A DNA stretch of 64,000 bases from a virus. Under the pieces are notes generated by a model. That model ran no database searches. It worked only from the letters and a program-made list of their open reading frames with translations, and was not told the DNA's origin. The stretch is taken from IMG/VR virus record IMGVR_UViG_3300031521_000001; one strand, written 5' to 3'. Below, piece after piece: positions 47,754 through 55,461 of the stretch (positions are counted from its first letter, which is position 1; each line of letters starts with the position of its first letter). Position numbers and translations under genes: made by a program.

Positions 47754-48335
47754 TTAGTCTATTATTTTCAATTTTGCACCGTCTTTTATTAAAGATTTTA
47801 TTTCATCTGTACTAATATTTTCTTTGAATTTAGATGTTTTCTTTTCTGTTTCTTTTAATATCCAATTGTTACCAGAATTTGATGTTTGATAAATATATGT
47901 GATATTATCTTGTGTTAATTTTATGGTTTTTGCTGTTAGTTTTTTGTAAAAATCTTCAACTTTACCTTTTATTAAATATATTTCAATAGGAAACCATTTA
48001 TCATCTTTGTAATATTGTAAAATTATATAATTTGGATTATCTAAAACTGTTTCATTTCTACTATAAAGAAAGAAAAATTTCATATCTATATCTTTTCTTA
48101 AAAAATTCTCAATTTCCATTGTTGTTTCCATTTCTCCTTTTTTAAGGTTTTGTTTAAAGAGTTGCTGATTGAAATCACTATCATCATATAAAAAATCTAT
48201 TGTTTTATTTATATAATCATCATTTGATAATCCAATTTTAAAGAAATCTACTTTGGTGTCATTTATGCTATTTAATAATCCATCAACATCAGTTGTTATA
48301 GATTCTTTTATGTATTGTAAATATTTTTTTATCAT
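47754..48335 (-). CDS. leader-bearing hypothetical protein
   Basis: Begins MIKKYLQYIKE; 193 aa. Confidence 0.7.
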   Translation of the reverse strand: MIKKYLQYIKESITTDVDGLLNSINDTKVDFFKIGLSNDDYINKTIDFLYDDSDFNQQLFKQNLKKGEMETTMEIENFLRKDIDMKFFFLYSRNETVLDNPNYIILQYYKDDKWFPIEIYLIKGKVEDFYKKLTAKTIKLTQDNITYIYQTSNSGNNWILKETEKKTSKFKENISTDEIKSLIKDGAKLKIID

Positions 48336-48338
48336 TTT

Positions 48339-48599
48339 TTATAAATTAAATTTATTTGTATTATATTCAATTTCAGATATAAATCTATCACATAGAAATG
48401 TTCCTAAATTTTCTCCAATTGATTTGCCATTTATTTTACAGACATAATAATCATTTACATTTTTGAATATTTTTTTCACTAAATATCTCATTCCTTCAGT
48501 TAAGATTGAGTCTTCGTTATCTATACAAATAACATAGTCACCTTCTTTGAAATTTGAAGGACCTTTTTTTAAATTTTCGTATTTTTTAATGTATTTCAT
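48339..48599 (-). CDS. KFN[IL]-tagged protein with KOW/SH3-like core
   Basis: MKYIKKYE, FKEGDYV, TNKFNL. Confidence 0.78.
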   Translation of the reverse strand: MKYIKKYENLKKGPSNFKEGDYVICIDNEDSILTEGMRYLVKKIFKNVNDYYVCKINGKSIGENLGTFLCDRFISEIEYNTNKFNL

Positions 48600-48617
48600 T
48601 ATATGTTTAATAGTTTT

Positions 48618-49037
48618 TTAATCATTATAATTTTTTAATTTTTTAACTTTATCTTTAAATTTACCACCGCCTAACACAGATGTTGGTATGGTGCTACTAT
48701 ATTGTAAAATTGAACATGTTATAAAATTTACACTAGCTCCATATGTTTGTTGATCTGGATGAGTCCACTCATCATCTTGTAATATCCACACATTCTCTCT
48801 TGGATAACAAGATATTATAAATGGATTTTCTGTAACTACTGATTTAACATAACGTCTATAATCAACAGTATCAGCAAATGTCATTGCTCTTTCTGGATAA
48901 AGTATTAAATTATCATTTTTACTTTCACGAACCAAATCATAGTAATGTTCTTCATTCGCATCATTTCCTTGAATAAAAACAAAACATTGTTCATTTTCCA
49001 TTATATTTTCTGATTCAAATTTTTTTAAATATATCAT
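48618..49037 (-). CDS. leader-bearing hypothetical protein
   Basis: Begins MIYLKKFE; VVTENPFII..QTYGAS segment. Confidence 0.7.
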   Translation of the reverse strand: MIYLKKFESENIMENEQCFVFIQGNDANEEHYYDLVRESKNDNLILYPERAMTFADTVDYRRYVKSVVTENPFIISCYPRENVWILQDDEWTHPDQQTYGASVNFITCSILQYSSTIPTSVLGGGKFKDKVKKLKNYND

Positions 49038-49071
49038 ATATTTTAATTTTTTTTTACTTGAAATTATATAT

Positions 49072-49668
49072 TCACAAATTAAATTTATTTACATCTCTCT
49101 CAATTTCTAATGTTGAATATGCATCATCCAATGAATCGAACTCTTTTATTGTGTTCATATCTACATTGAAACTCATTATTGATTTGGGTGCGTTATTAAA
49201 TGTATCGTCAGAATATTTAAATATTTTATTTAATGTGTGATAATATTTAAAACGTAATTTTACAGTTGGAAATCTGTGTATGTATTTAATCCAAGGTTCT
49301 GTGTCAGTAACTTCATATAATCCAATATATTTTTCGTTTTCTCCTACTATGTATTTTTTATATACCTTAAAATTTTGTACATCATCATATAGATTAGATA
49401 TTTTTATTAAACAATTTTTTAAGCTATCAGATTGATATATAACATTTAATGTATTTTTATTTAATCCAATACTGCCGCTTATTCTATCCAATCTTAATTC
49501 TGTTTTATCAAACCAATAAAAATATGACAAATATACATAATTAATTCTACTGGCTAATTTTACGCTACCTATATAAATTCTATCAGTTTCATCATCATCT
49601 ACCATTACATAATCACTATGTACATCTTCGTATGATTCATTTAAGTATTGGTTATAGTCTTTTATCAT
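49072..49668 (-). CDS. KFN[IL]-tagged protein
   Basis: MIKDYNQYLNE leader; ends VNKFNL. Confidence 0.75.
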   Translation of the reverse strand: MIKDYNQYLNESYEDVHSDYVMVDDDETDRIYIGSVKLASRINYVYLSYFYWFDKTELRLDRISGSIGLNKNTLNVIYQSDSLKNCLIKISNLYDDVQNFKVYKKYIVGENEKYIGLYEVTDTEPWIKYIHRFPTVKLRFKYYHTLNKIFKYSDDTFNNAPKSIMSFNVDMNTIKEFDSLDDAYSTLEIERDVNKFNL

Positions 49669-49973
49669 ATATTAAATTTTAGTGATGCTTTTTTTATTTC
49701 AAACTCTTCTATTTCTTCTTCAGTTAATTTTCTTTCAAAGAATTTTTCTTCTAAATAGTATTTGGATATTTTATCATCTTCAATTACTTCAAGAATATAA
49801 CGGTCATCATTTTTTATATTCAACCCTGTGATTTTAGCAAACTTAAAAACATCATTTGATATTTTACTTCTGTTGTTTTTCCAAAACTTTATAAACTCAT
49901 CTTTGAATAAAATATGATCACCAATTTCATAGTTTTTTTCATTGTTTTCTTCGAATAATCTGATGTGTCTCAT
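49665..49973 (-). CDS. KFN[IL]-tagged protein with KOW/SH3-like core
   Basis: MRHIRLFE, YEIGDHI, RKLTEEEIEEF..SLKFNI. Confidence 0.8.
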   Translation of the reverse strand: MRHIRLFEENNEKNYEIGDHILFKDEFIKFWKNNRSKISNDVFKFAKITGLNIKNDDRYILEVIEDDKISKYYLEEKFFERKLTEEEIEEFEIKKASLKFNI

Positions 49974-50238
49974 ATATTATATTTTCTTGTTGATAAAAAA
50001 ATTTCCACATCATCTTTATTTCTTGAATGAAAATCAATATCTTTTATTTTCCACCATATTTCTTGGTTTTTACATTTTAATTTGATGTTTTGATTGTTGT
50101 TTGATAAGTTGTCTAATGTGATATATTTTTTAAAAAAAAATAATATCTTGGATGACATGATACATTAGATTTGAGTATGGTATAGTCACCTACTTCTATA
50201 TTGTTGCTTGTACCTTCAAATGTTTTTATGTGTCTCAT
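49970..50238 (-). pseudogene. frameshifted K[FY]N[IL]-tagged gene
   Basis: ATG 50238 gives MRHIKTFEGTSNNIEVGDYTIL..., which stops at TAG. The -1 frame after a T9A6 run continues to STRKYNI-stop at 49970. Confidence 0.7.
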
Positions 50239-50260
50239 AATTAATCTATATATTAAAAAT

Positions 50261-50286
50261 AAACTATTAAAAAAATAAGTTATATA
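50261..50286 (+). promoter_or_regulatory. candidate phage promoter AAAC-N16-TATATA
   Basis: Upstream of the AAA ATPase start. Confidence 0.55.
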
Positions 50287-50307
50287 TTATTCAAAATAAA
50301 ATATTAT

Positions 50308-51462
50308 ATGATGGATGATATGAATGAAAAATTAGTATCAAATAAATTACCTCCTTATTTATTTACTGATCAAGCATTAGATAGAAGAGAAGATGTTTAT
50401 GCTCTTACTGAATTTGGTAAAATTGTCAATCGACTTTTTATAAGTGACCAAATATATTCTGATGATTTTTGGAAATATATAAAAAATAAATTCAAATTGA
50501 AGTCTGAAAATATTACATTTTTTTGTGATATACATTCTGATACTAAGAATAGAGTTGAAAAAAACTATAAGTATATTATTAAAGTGGAAAAACCATATAA
50601 GCTTATTATTCAATTTTATGATGAAGAAAAAATTGTTGATCCTCAAATATATGAGAATGAAGATTCTCAAAAAAATAAAATATCAGATTTGTTGATATAT
50701 TTTGATTCTGATGCAATTAAATATGTTGATGATATATCTAATGATCTTAGAAATATTGTATTTGTTCAGCCAATAAATAAAACATTTTTTATAATATCAT
50801 CAAATGCAATGGGTTATGAATTACGTCCAGTTACAATAAAAGATTATGATATACAAATTGGATTGAATTATGGAGATTCTTTTGTTGATAAGCATAAAGA
50901 AATATTAGATAAAATTAAGAATAATAAACATGGCTTATTTTTATTTCATGGATTGGAAGGTTGCGGAAAAACTATGTATTTGCGTAAGCTTATTTCTGAA
51001 TTAGCGAATGAAAAAACTATAATTTATGTTCCATCTTTTTTAATGATGGATATTGCAAATCCTGGTTTGATATCTTTTGTGTCAAAATTTAAAAATTCTA
51101 TTTTATTGTTGGAAGATGCAGAATCTATATTAACTTCTCCTCAAGAAGAAAGAACTCAAGCTGTTAGTAATATTTTGAATATTAGTGATGGATTGTTAAA
51201 TGATCATATGGATATGCAAATAATAGCAACTTTTAATGTAGATAAAAAAATAATTGATAAAGCATTACTTAGAAAAGGAAGACTTATGGTGGATTGTAAA
51301 TTTAAAAAATTGACATCTAAGCAAGCAACTAAATTATCTGAATATATAGGATTGAATAAAAAATATGATGAACCATCTACACTAGCTGAGATTTATGAAG
51401 AAATTGATGGTAATAAACAGTTGATTGATTCAGATAATGATACTAATAAAATAGGATTTTAA
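50308..51462 (+). CDS. AAA+ ATPase
   Basis: Walker A GLEGCGKT, Walker B LLLEDAE, DKALLRKGRL arginine-finger region. Confidence 0.88.
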   Translation: MMDDMNEKLVSNKLPPYLFTDQALDRREDVYALTEFGKIVNRLFISDQIYSDDFWKYIKNKFKLKSENITFFCDIHSDTKNRVEKNYKYIIKVEKPYKLIIQFYDEEKIVDPQIYENEDSQKNKISDLLIYFDSDAIKYVDDISNDLRNIVFVQPINKTFFIISSNAMGYELRPVTIKDYDIQIGLNYGDSFVDKHKEILDKIKNNKHGLFLFHGLEGCGKTMYLRKLISELANEKTIIYVPSFLMMDIANPGLISFVSKFKNSILLLEDAESILTSPQEERTQAVSNILNISDGLLNDHMDMQIIATFNVDKKIIDKALLRKGRLMVDCKFKKLTSKQATKLSEYIGLNKKYDEPSTLAEIYEEIDGNKQLIDSDNDTNKIGF

Positions 51463-51465
51463 CTT

Positions 51466-51493
51466 AAAATCTATTTCAATTGAAATAGATTTT
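51466..51493. terminator. perfect 28-bp palindrome, probable terminator
   Basis: AAAATCTATTTCAATTGAAATAGATTTT followed by a T-run just after the stop. Confidence 0.7.
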
Positions 51494-51543
51494 TTTTTGT
51501 CTATTTACCTGTATTTTTATTTTATATATAAATTTAAAATACT

Positions 51544-51729
51544 ATGTCTATATTAACAGTTTTTATAGTTTTGATAGTGGTTGGTGTTATTTTATGGTTG
51601 GTGAATTCATATATTCCTATGGATGCAAAAATAAAGAACATATTGAACATTGTAGCTATTATTATTTTGATTATTTGGCTTCTTAAAGTGTTTGGAGTTT
51701 TAGCTATTATATCAAGTGTACATATATAA
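51544..51729 (+). CDS. small two-helix membrane protein (Thivi_2564-like)
   Basis: LIVVGVILWLVNSYIPMDAKIKNILNIV..IWLL. Confidence 0.7.
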   Translation: MSILTVFIVLIVVGVILWLVNSYIPMDAKIKNILNIVAIIILIIWLLKVFGVLAIISSVHI

Positions 51730-51743
51730 ATGCATATACTTAT

Positions 51744-51779
51744 AAAAAAAGTGATTTCAAATTTGAAATCACTTTTTTT
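51744..51779. terminator. perfect 36-bp palindrome, probable bidirectional terminator
   Basis: AAAAAAAGTGATTTCAAATTTGAAATCACTTTTTTT at a convergent junction. Confidence 0.75.
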
Positions 51780-52749
51780 TATTTAAATCTATTATGTTTT
51801 TAAATTCTTCTATTATTTTATTCTTGTTTATTGAATCTGAGTTGTTTATATAATCTACAATCATTTCATTTAAAGATAATGATGTTTCATTTAATTCTAA
51901 AATATCTTCCTTGTCTTTTATTATTTCATCATCAGAATAACTTATATTTACAATGTCATTTTCTGATATGAGCATATCGATTCTAAGTTTATTGTCTATT
52001 AATAGATTTTTATTTATATTAAGACTTACATAATTTTTGTTGAATATTTCTTTATCTATGTTTAAATCTGATTCTGAGTTTATTGATATTTTCTTGAAAT
52101 TAGGACTTATTTTGTTCTTTATGAATTTGTCTTTATCATTATATGCATCTAATACTATAAATCCTTTTGTTTCATCACTCTCTGTGTTGTAAGGCGATCC
52201 TAAATTTTTGATGTTTTTTACTACACCATTTTTGTCATAATATCCATTATAGCATTTTTTGAATTTTCTCAACTTGTTTATTATAATATCTTTTTTTGAT
52301 GAATTTAAATAATCAAAATTAAAAAAACATACATCAGATTCAAATTTATCAATGTCTTCAATTTTTGTGTTATATGGGAATATAGTGAATACTTGCTCTA
52401 CCAATAATTTTATTTGGGTAGGCTCATTTATTATTTCTATGTTTTTGAAATTTTTGAGTATATTAAGTGATAGTTTATCATTTTCTCCCTCAATAATATA
52501 AACAGGTAACATATTCGATATTTTTTCGAATAATGTTTGTATGAAATTTAATACAGATAGATCAACATTCTTTGATTTGTATAGAAAGTTTCCTAAGTGA
52601 ATTAGTATATCGTTTGGTTTTACATTTTCTGTTAAATATGGTATAAAATCATTATTGTAATAATTTTCCATATTTTTAAGCCAATCTTTGGTTGATATGT
52701 TTTTTGAAATATTGAAATTTGTGTTGCTTATTATGAATATTTTTGACAT
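51769..52749 (-). CDS. degenerate Mre11/gp47-like metallophosphoesterase-fold protein
   Basis: Motif positions recognisable but substituted (ISNTNF, HLGNFL, EGENDK, NGYYD), with NLGSPY and KGFIVLD retained. Confidence 0.65.
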   Translation of the reverse strand: MSKIFIISNTNFNISKNISTKDWLKNMENYYNNDFIPYLTENVKPNDILIHLGNFLYKSKNVDLSVLNFIQTLFEKISNMLPVYIIEGENDKLSLNILKNFKNIEIINEPTQIKLLVEQVFTIFPYNTKIEDIDKFESDVCFFNFDYLNSSKKDIIINKLRKFKKCYNGYYDKNGVVKNIKNLGSPYNTESDETKGFIVLDAYNDKDKFIKNKISPNFKKISINSESDLNIDKEIFNKNYVSLNINKNLLIDNKLRIDMLISENDIVNISYSDDEIIKDKEDILELNETSLSLNEMIVDYINNSDSINKNKIIEEFKNIIDLNKKK

Positions 52750-53087
52750 TCTTCTATAAATTTTAATTTTATTTTTCGTATTATTTTCTTATATGATATA
52801 AAATCATTGGTTGAAAAATCTACAATTTTTAAGACATGCGTGTTTTTGTTGTCTATTTCTATAGAATAATAGTTTGAAAATGTATCATCATTTAAATTGG
52901 TTATTTTTTCAAAATAAAAAAATTTGTCTAATATACTACGCAATAAATAATCATCATTTTTAATTATTATTAATATTGACCAATCAATTCTTGAATGATA
53001 ATATTTAATATTTAGAAATTCTAATATTTTTGTTGAGTATTCTGTTCCATATCTGCTATAATTATCACTACATATATAATAACTCAT
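52731..53087 (-). CDS. hypothetical protein with RKxKL tail
   Basis: Ends IRKIKLKFIEECQKYS. Confidence 0.6.
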   Translation of the reverse strand: MSYYICSDNYSRYGTEYSTKILEFLNIKYYHSRIDWSILIIIKNDDYLLRSILDKFFYFEKITNLNDDTFSNYYSIEIDNKNTHVLKIVDFSTNDFISYKKIIRKIKLKFIEECQKYS

Positions 53088-53447
53088 ATTCTATTTAATT
53101 TTTCAATTTTTTCTTTTCTTTCATATTGAATTAATACTTTTTCTATATCACCAACTATACAGTCTGAAGAGAATGTTATATTCATATCATTTTCATTAAA
53201 ATCAAAATCTATTTGGAAAAACACCAATTAATTTTAGATTATTTGATATTATTATGTCTTTTTTGCTTATATTATAAATATTTTCAATTAACTTACTTAT
53301 TAATGCGTAGTTATCATTTGATGTTGTTGCTGAAAATCTTATTAAATCTCCATAGATCGTTATAGTTTTTAAATTGAATATCATACTAAACATCTTTATG
53401 TTTATTTTGTATTTTTTTAATTTTATTTCTTTTATATCAAGCATCAT
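53084..53447 (-). pseudogene. frameshifted paralog of 53452..53886
   Basis: ORF stops at 53202 after LIGVFP. The shifted frame continues IDFDFNENDMNITFSSD...ERKEKIEKLNRI to a TGA at 53084 that overlaps the next ATG. Confidence 0.7.
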
Positions 53448-53451
53448 AACA

Positions 53452-53886
53452 TCAATTTACTTTGTTCGTCATATAAATTTCGTCCAATTTTTTTAATTTT
53501 TCTTTTCTTTTCTTTCTCTCTTTTTGTTTTCTGAGTTCTTTCGTTGTGTCATCATCAAAGTATGCGTAATCAACAGAGAAATTGACGTTTATATCATTGT
53601 CGTATGAATTATATTCAATATTCGTAGGGAAAACTCCTTTTAAAATATATCCTTTGTGTAATGTATCAAACTTATATGTTGATGCACGTACATTTTGATT
53701 TGGGTTAAACCAATTCAGTAGTGATACATAATTACTTGAAGATGTTGTTGCTGTCATTTCTATAGTAGCACTGTTTATATTAGTGTATTGTGGTGCCTGT
53801 CCACGAAAATTGATTGGACTTGTCCCACTGGTTGTCATAGTTAGGTTTGTAATTTCAAATGAGATATTATTTATTATTGTGCTCAT
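53452..53886 (-). CDS. hypothetical protein with RKxKL tail
   Basis: ILKGVFPT..INVNFSVDY; ends RKEKLKKLDEI... Confidence 0.65.
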   Translation of the reverse strand: MSTIINNISFEITNLTMTTSGTSPINFRGQAPQYTNINSATIEMTATTSSSNYVSLLNWFNPNQNVRASTYKFDTLHKGYILKGVFPTNIEYNSYDNDINVNFSVDYAYFDDDTTKELRKQKERKKRKEKLKKLDEIYMTNKVN

Positions 53887-53911
53887 AATATTGAGTTATT
53901 TTTATTATTTT

Positions 53912-53937
53912 TATATGATAAAAAATTTAAAATGTTT
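53912..53937 (-). promoter_or_regulatory. candidate phage promoter AAAC-N16-CATATA
   Basis: Upstream of the ATG at 53886. Confidence 0.55.
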
Positions 53938-53994
53938 AATAGTATTCAATGAACTGATATTTTTTAATATATAAAATAAAATAATAACATAAAA

Positions 53995-54453
53995 ATGATA
54001 AAATATTTTGCATATGGATCGAATGTATCAGAGTATAGAATGAAAACTGAAAGAAATATAAATTTCGCATCAAGAAAATTTTCAACTTTGGAAAATTATA
54101 AGTTGGTTTTCAATAAAGTTTCTAAGAAAAATTGTTATTTAGGATTTGCTAACGTTGTTCCATCAAATGGTGATATTGTGGAAGGAGCATTGTATGAGAT
54201 TGATGATTCTGATATTTGTGTGATTGATAGATTTGAAGGTGCAAGTTCAAAAATAATACACTACACAAGGGAAGAAATTGAAGTTTTGTGTGAAGGTATA
54301 AAAGTTAAAGCAATAGTTTATATTGCTAATCCAGCTATGATTAGAAAAAATATATTACCTGATAAGAATTATATGAAATATATTTTAGAAGGTAAAGATA
54401 TATTTAGTTCTGATTACTATGAAAATCTTTCAAAAACAACTACATTAGATTAA
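53995..54453 (+). CDS. gamma-glutamylcyclotransferase (GGCT/AIG2-like)
   Basis: YFAYGSN, VEGALYEI, IDRFEG, Y.R. Confidence 0.85.
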   Translation: MIKYFAYGSNVSEYRMKTERNINFASRKFSTLENYKLVFNKVSKKNCYLGFANVVPSNGDIVEGALYEIDDSDICVIDRFEGASSKIIHYTREEIEVLCEGIKVKAIVYIANPAMIRKNILPDKNYMKYILEGKDIFSSDYYENLSKTTTLD

Positions 54454-54468
54454 ATTAAAATGAAGATA

Positions 54469-54975
54469 TTAAATATCTTCATTTAATTGTTTTATTTTTT
54501 CTAATTTGTTTTTAGTATTAATTTTATAGAATTTGTTGTCATGTATCTCTTTATATCTGGTATATTTTTTTTCAATTTTGTAAACATAGAAACTGTTATT
54601 TGAATTTTTTAGAATTTCTAATAAATCACCTTCAAAATCTACAACACTATTTTGGTGTGTATGAGTCATATTATCTTTTATTGAAAAATTTAAAAATGTT
54701 GGTTGATCTACAATTGTTACATTGTTAAATTTAGATACTTCTACAAATAAATTGAAATCAATTCTTTTTAAATATGACATTGAAATGACTGATCTTAAAT
54801 TTTCCTTTTCGTGTAATGTATTAATTACTAATTCAATTAGATTTCTATATTCTTTTGTAAATTTAGATTTTGTGTCATTAGATTTAAGTAGAGAATATAA
54901 TGTCACTTCATTTTTTTCTTTAAATATTTTCTTTATATCTCTAATTACTTTAATCTTAATCCATTCATTTTTCAT
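54469..54975 (-). CDS. hypothetical protein
   Basis: 168 aa; ends KNKLEKIKQLNEDI. Confidence 0.6.
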   Translation of the reverse strand: MKNEWIKIKVIRDIKKIFKEKNEVTLYSLLKSNDTKSKFTKEYRNLIELVINTLHEKENLRSVISMSYLKRIDFNLFVEVSKFNNVTIVDQPTFLNFSIKDNMTHTHQNSVVDFEGDLLEILKNSNNSFYVYKIEKKYTRYKEIHDNKFYKINTKNKLEKIKQLNEDI

Positions 54976-55265
54976 TATAATATTCCTTCGTTTTTTGCTT
55001 CTTCTATTGCGATTTTTTGTCGTTCTTCTATCTCTTTTCTATATTTTAGTGCGTCCCTTTTTAATTGTTTAGCAGTTTTTATTACAAATTCTAAATTTTG
55101 TCTTAAACGTATCGATGCTACTTTAAAATCTTTCTTATAAAGTTTATAATAATCTAATCTACAAAAATTTAACTTGTCAATAATCTCTTCTATTGGATTG
55201 TTTTCTGCATCATATAAGTCTTCTTCTTCGTATTCTGACTCATCATCTTCATAGTAATTTTTCAT
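54975..55265 (-). CDS. possible Hc1/histone-H1-like small protein with acidic N-terminus
   Basis: KLYKKDFKVASIRLRQNL..IKTAKQLK resembles Hc1-family KGNKAAGxRxRK helices. Confidence 0.4.
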   Translation of the reverse strand: MKNYYEDDESEYEEEDLYDAENNPIEEIIDKLNFCRLDYYKLYKKDFKVASIRLRQNLEFVIKTAKQLKRDALKYRKEIEERQKIAIEEAKNEGIL

Positions 55266-55461
55266 TTAGGTTGTTTATTTTTTCTTTCCTTAAAATTATA
55301 TTTGCTTCTTGATAAAAACTATTAAAAATCTTTTTGTATTCCACAAATAATTCTATTTTTATGTATTCCATAGATAACTTCTTATTCTTTTTTGTTAATC
55401 TAGAGTTTGCGTGACTTGTATATAATTTATACGCTATATTATCTATTTCTGATATTTTCAT
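55249..55461 (-). CDS. hypothetical protein with RKxK[LI] tail
   Basis: Ends LRKEKINNLNEKLL. Confidence 0.6.
   Translation of the reverse strand: MKISEIDNIAYKLYTSHANSRLTKKNKKLSMEYIKIELFVEYKKIFNSFYQEANIILRKEKINNLNEKLL

Noticed and set aside
46407-50238. Integron-like attC sites or diversity-generating retroelement behind the cassette array
   Set aside because: No intergenic space or palindromic attC sites, no integrase or reverse transcriptase in the window, no TR/VR pair; conservation is at the peptide level
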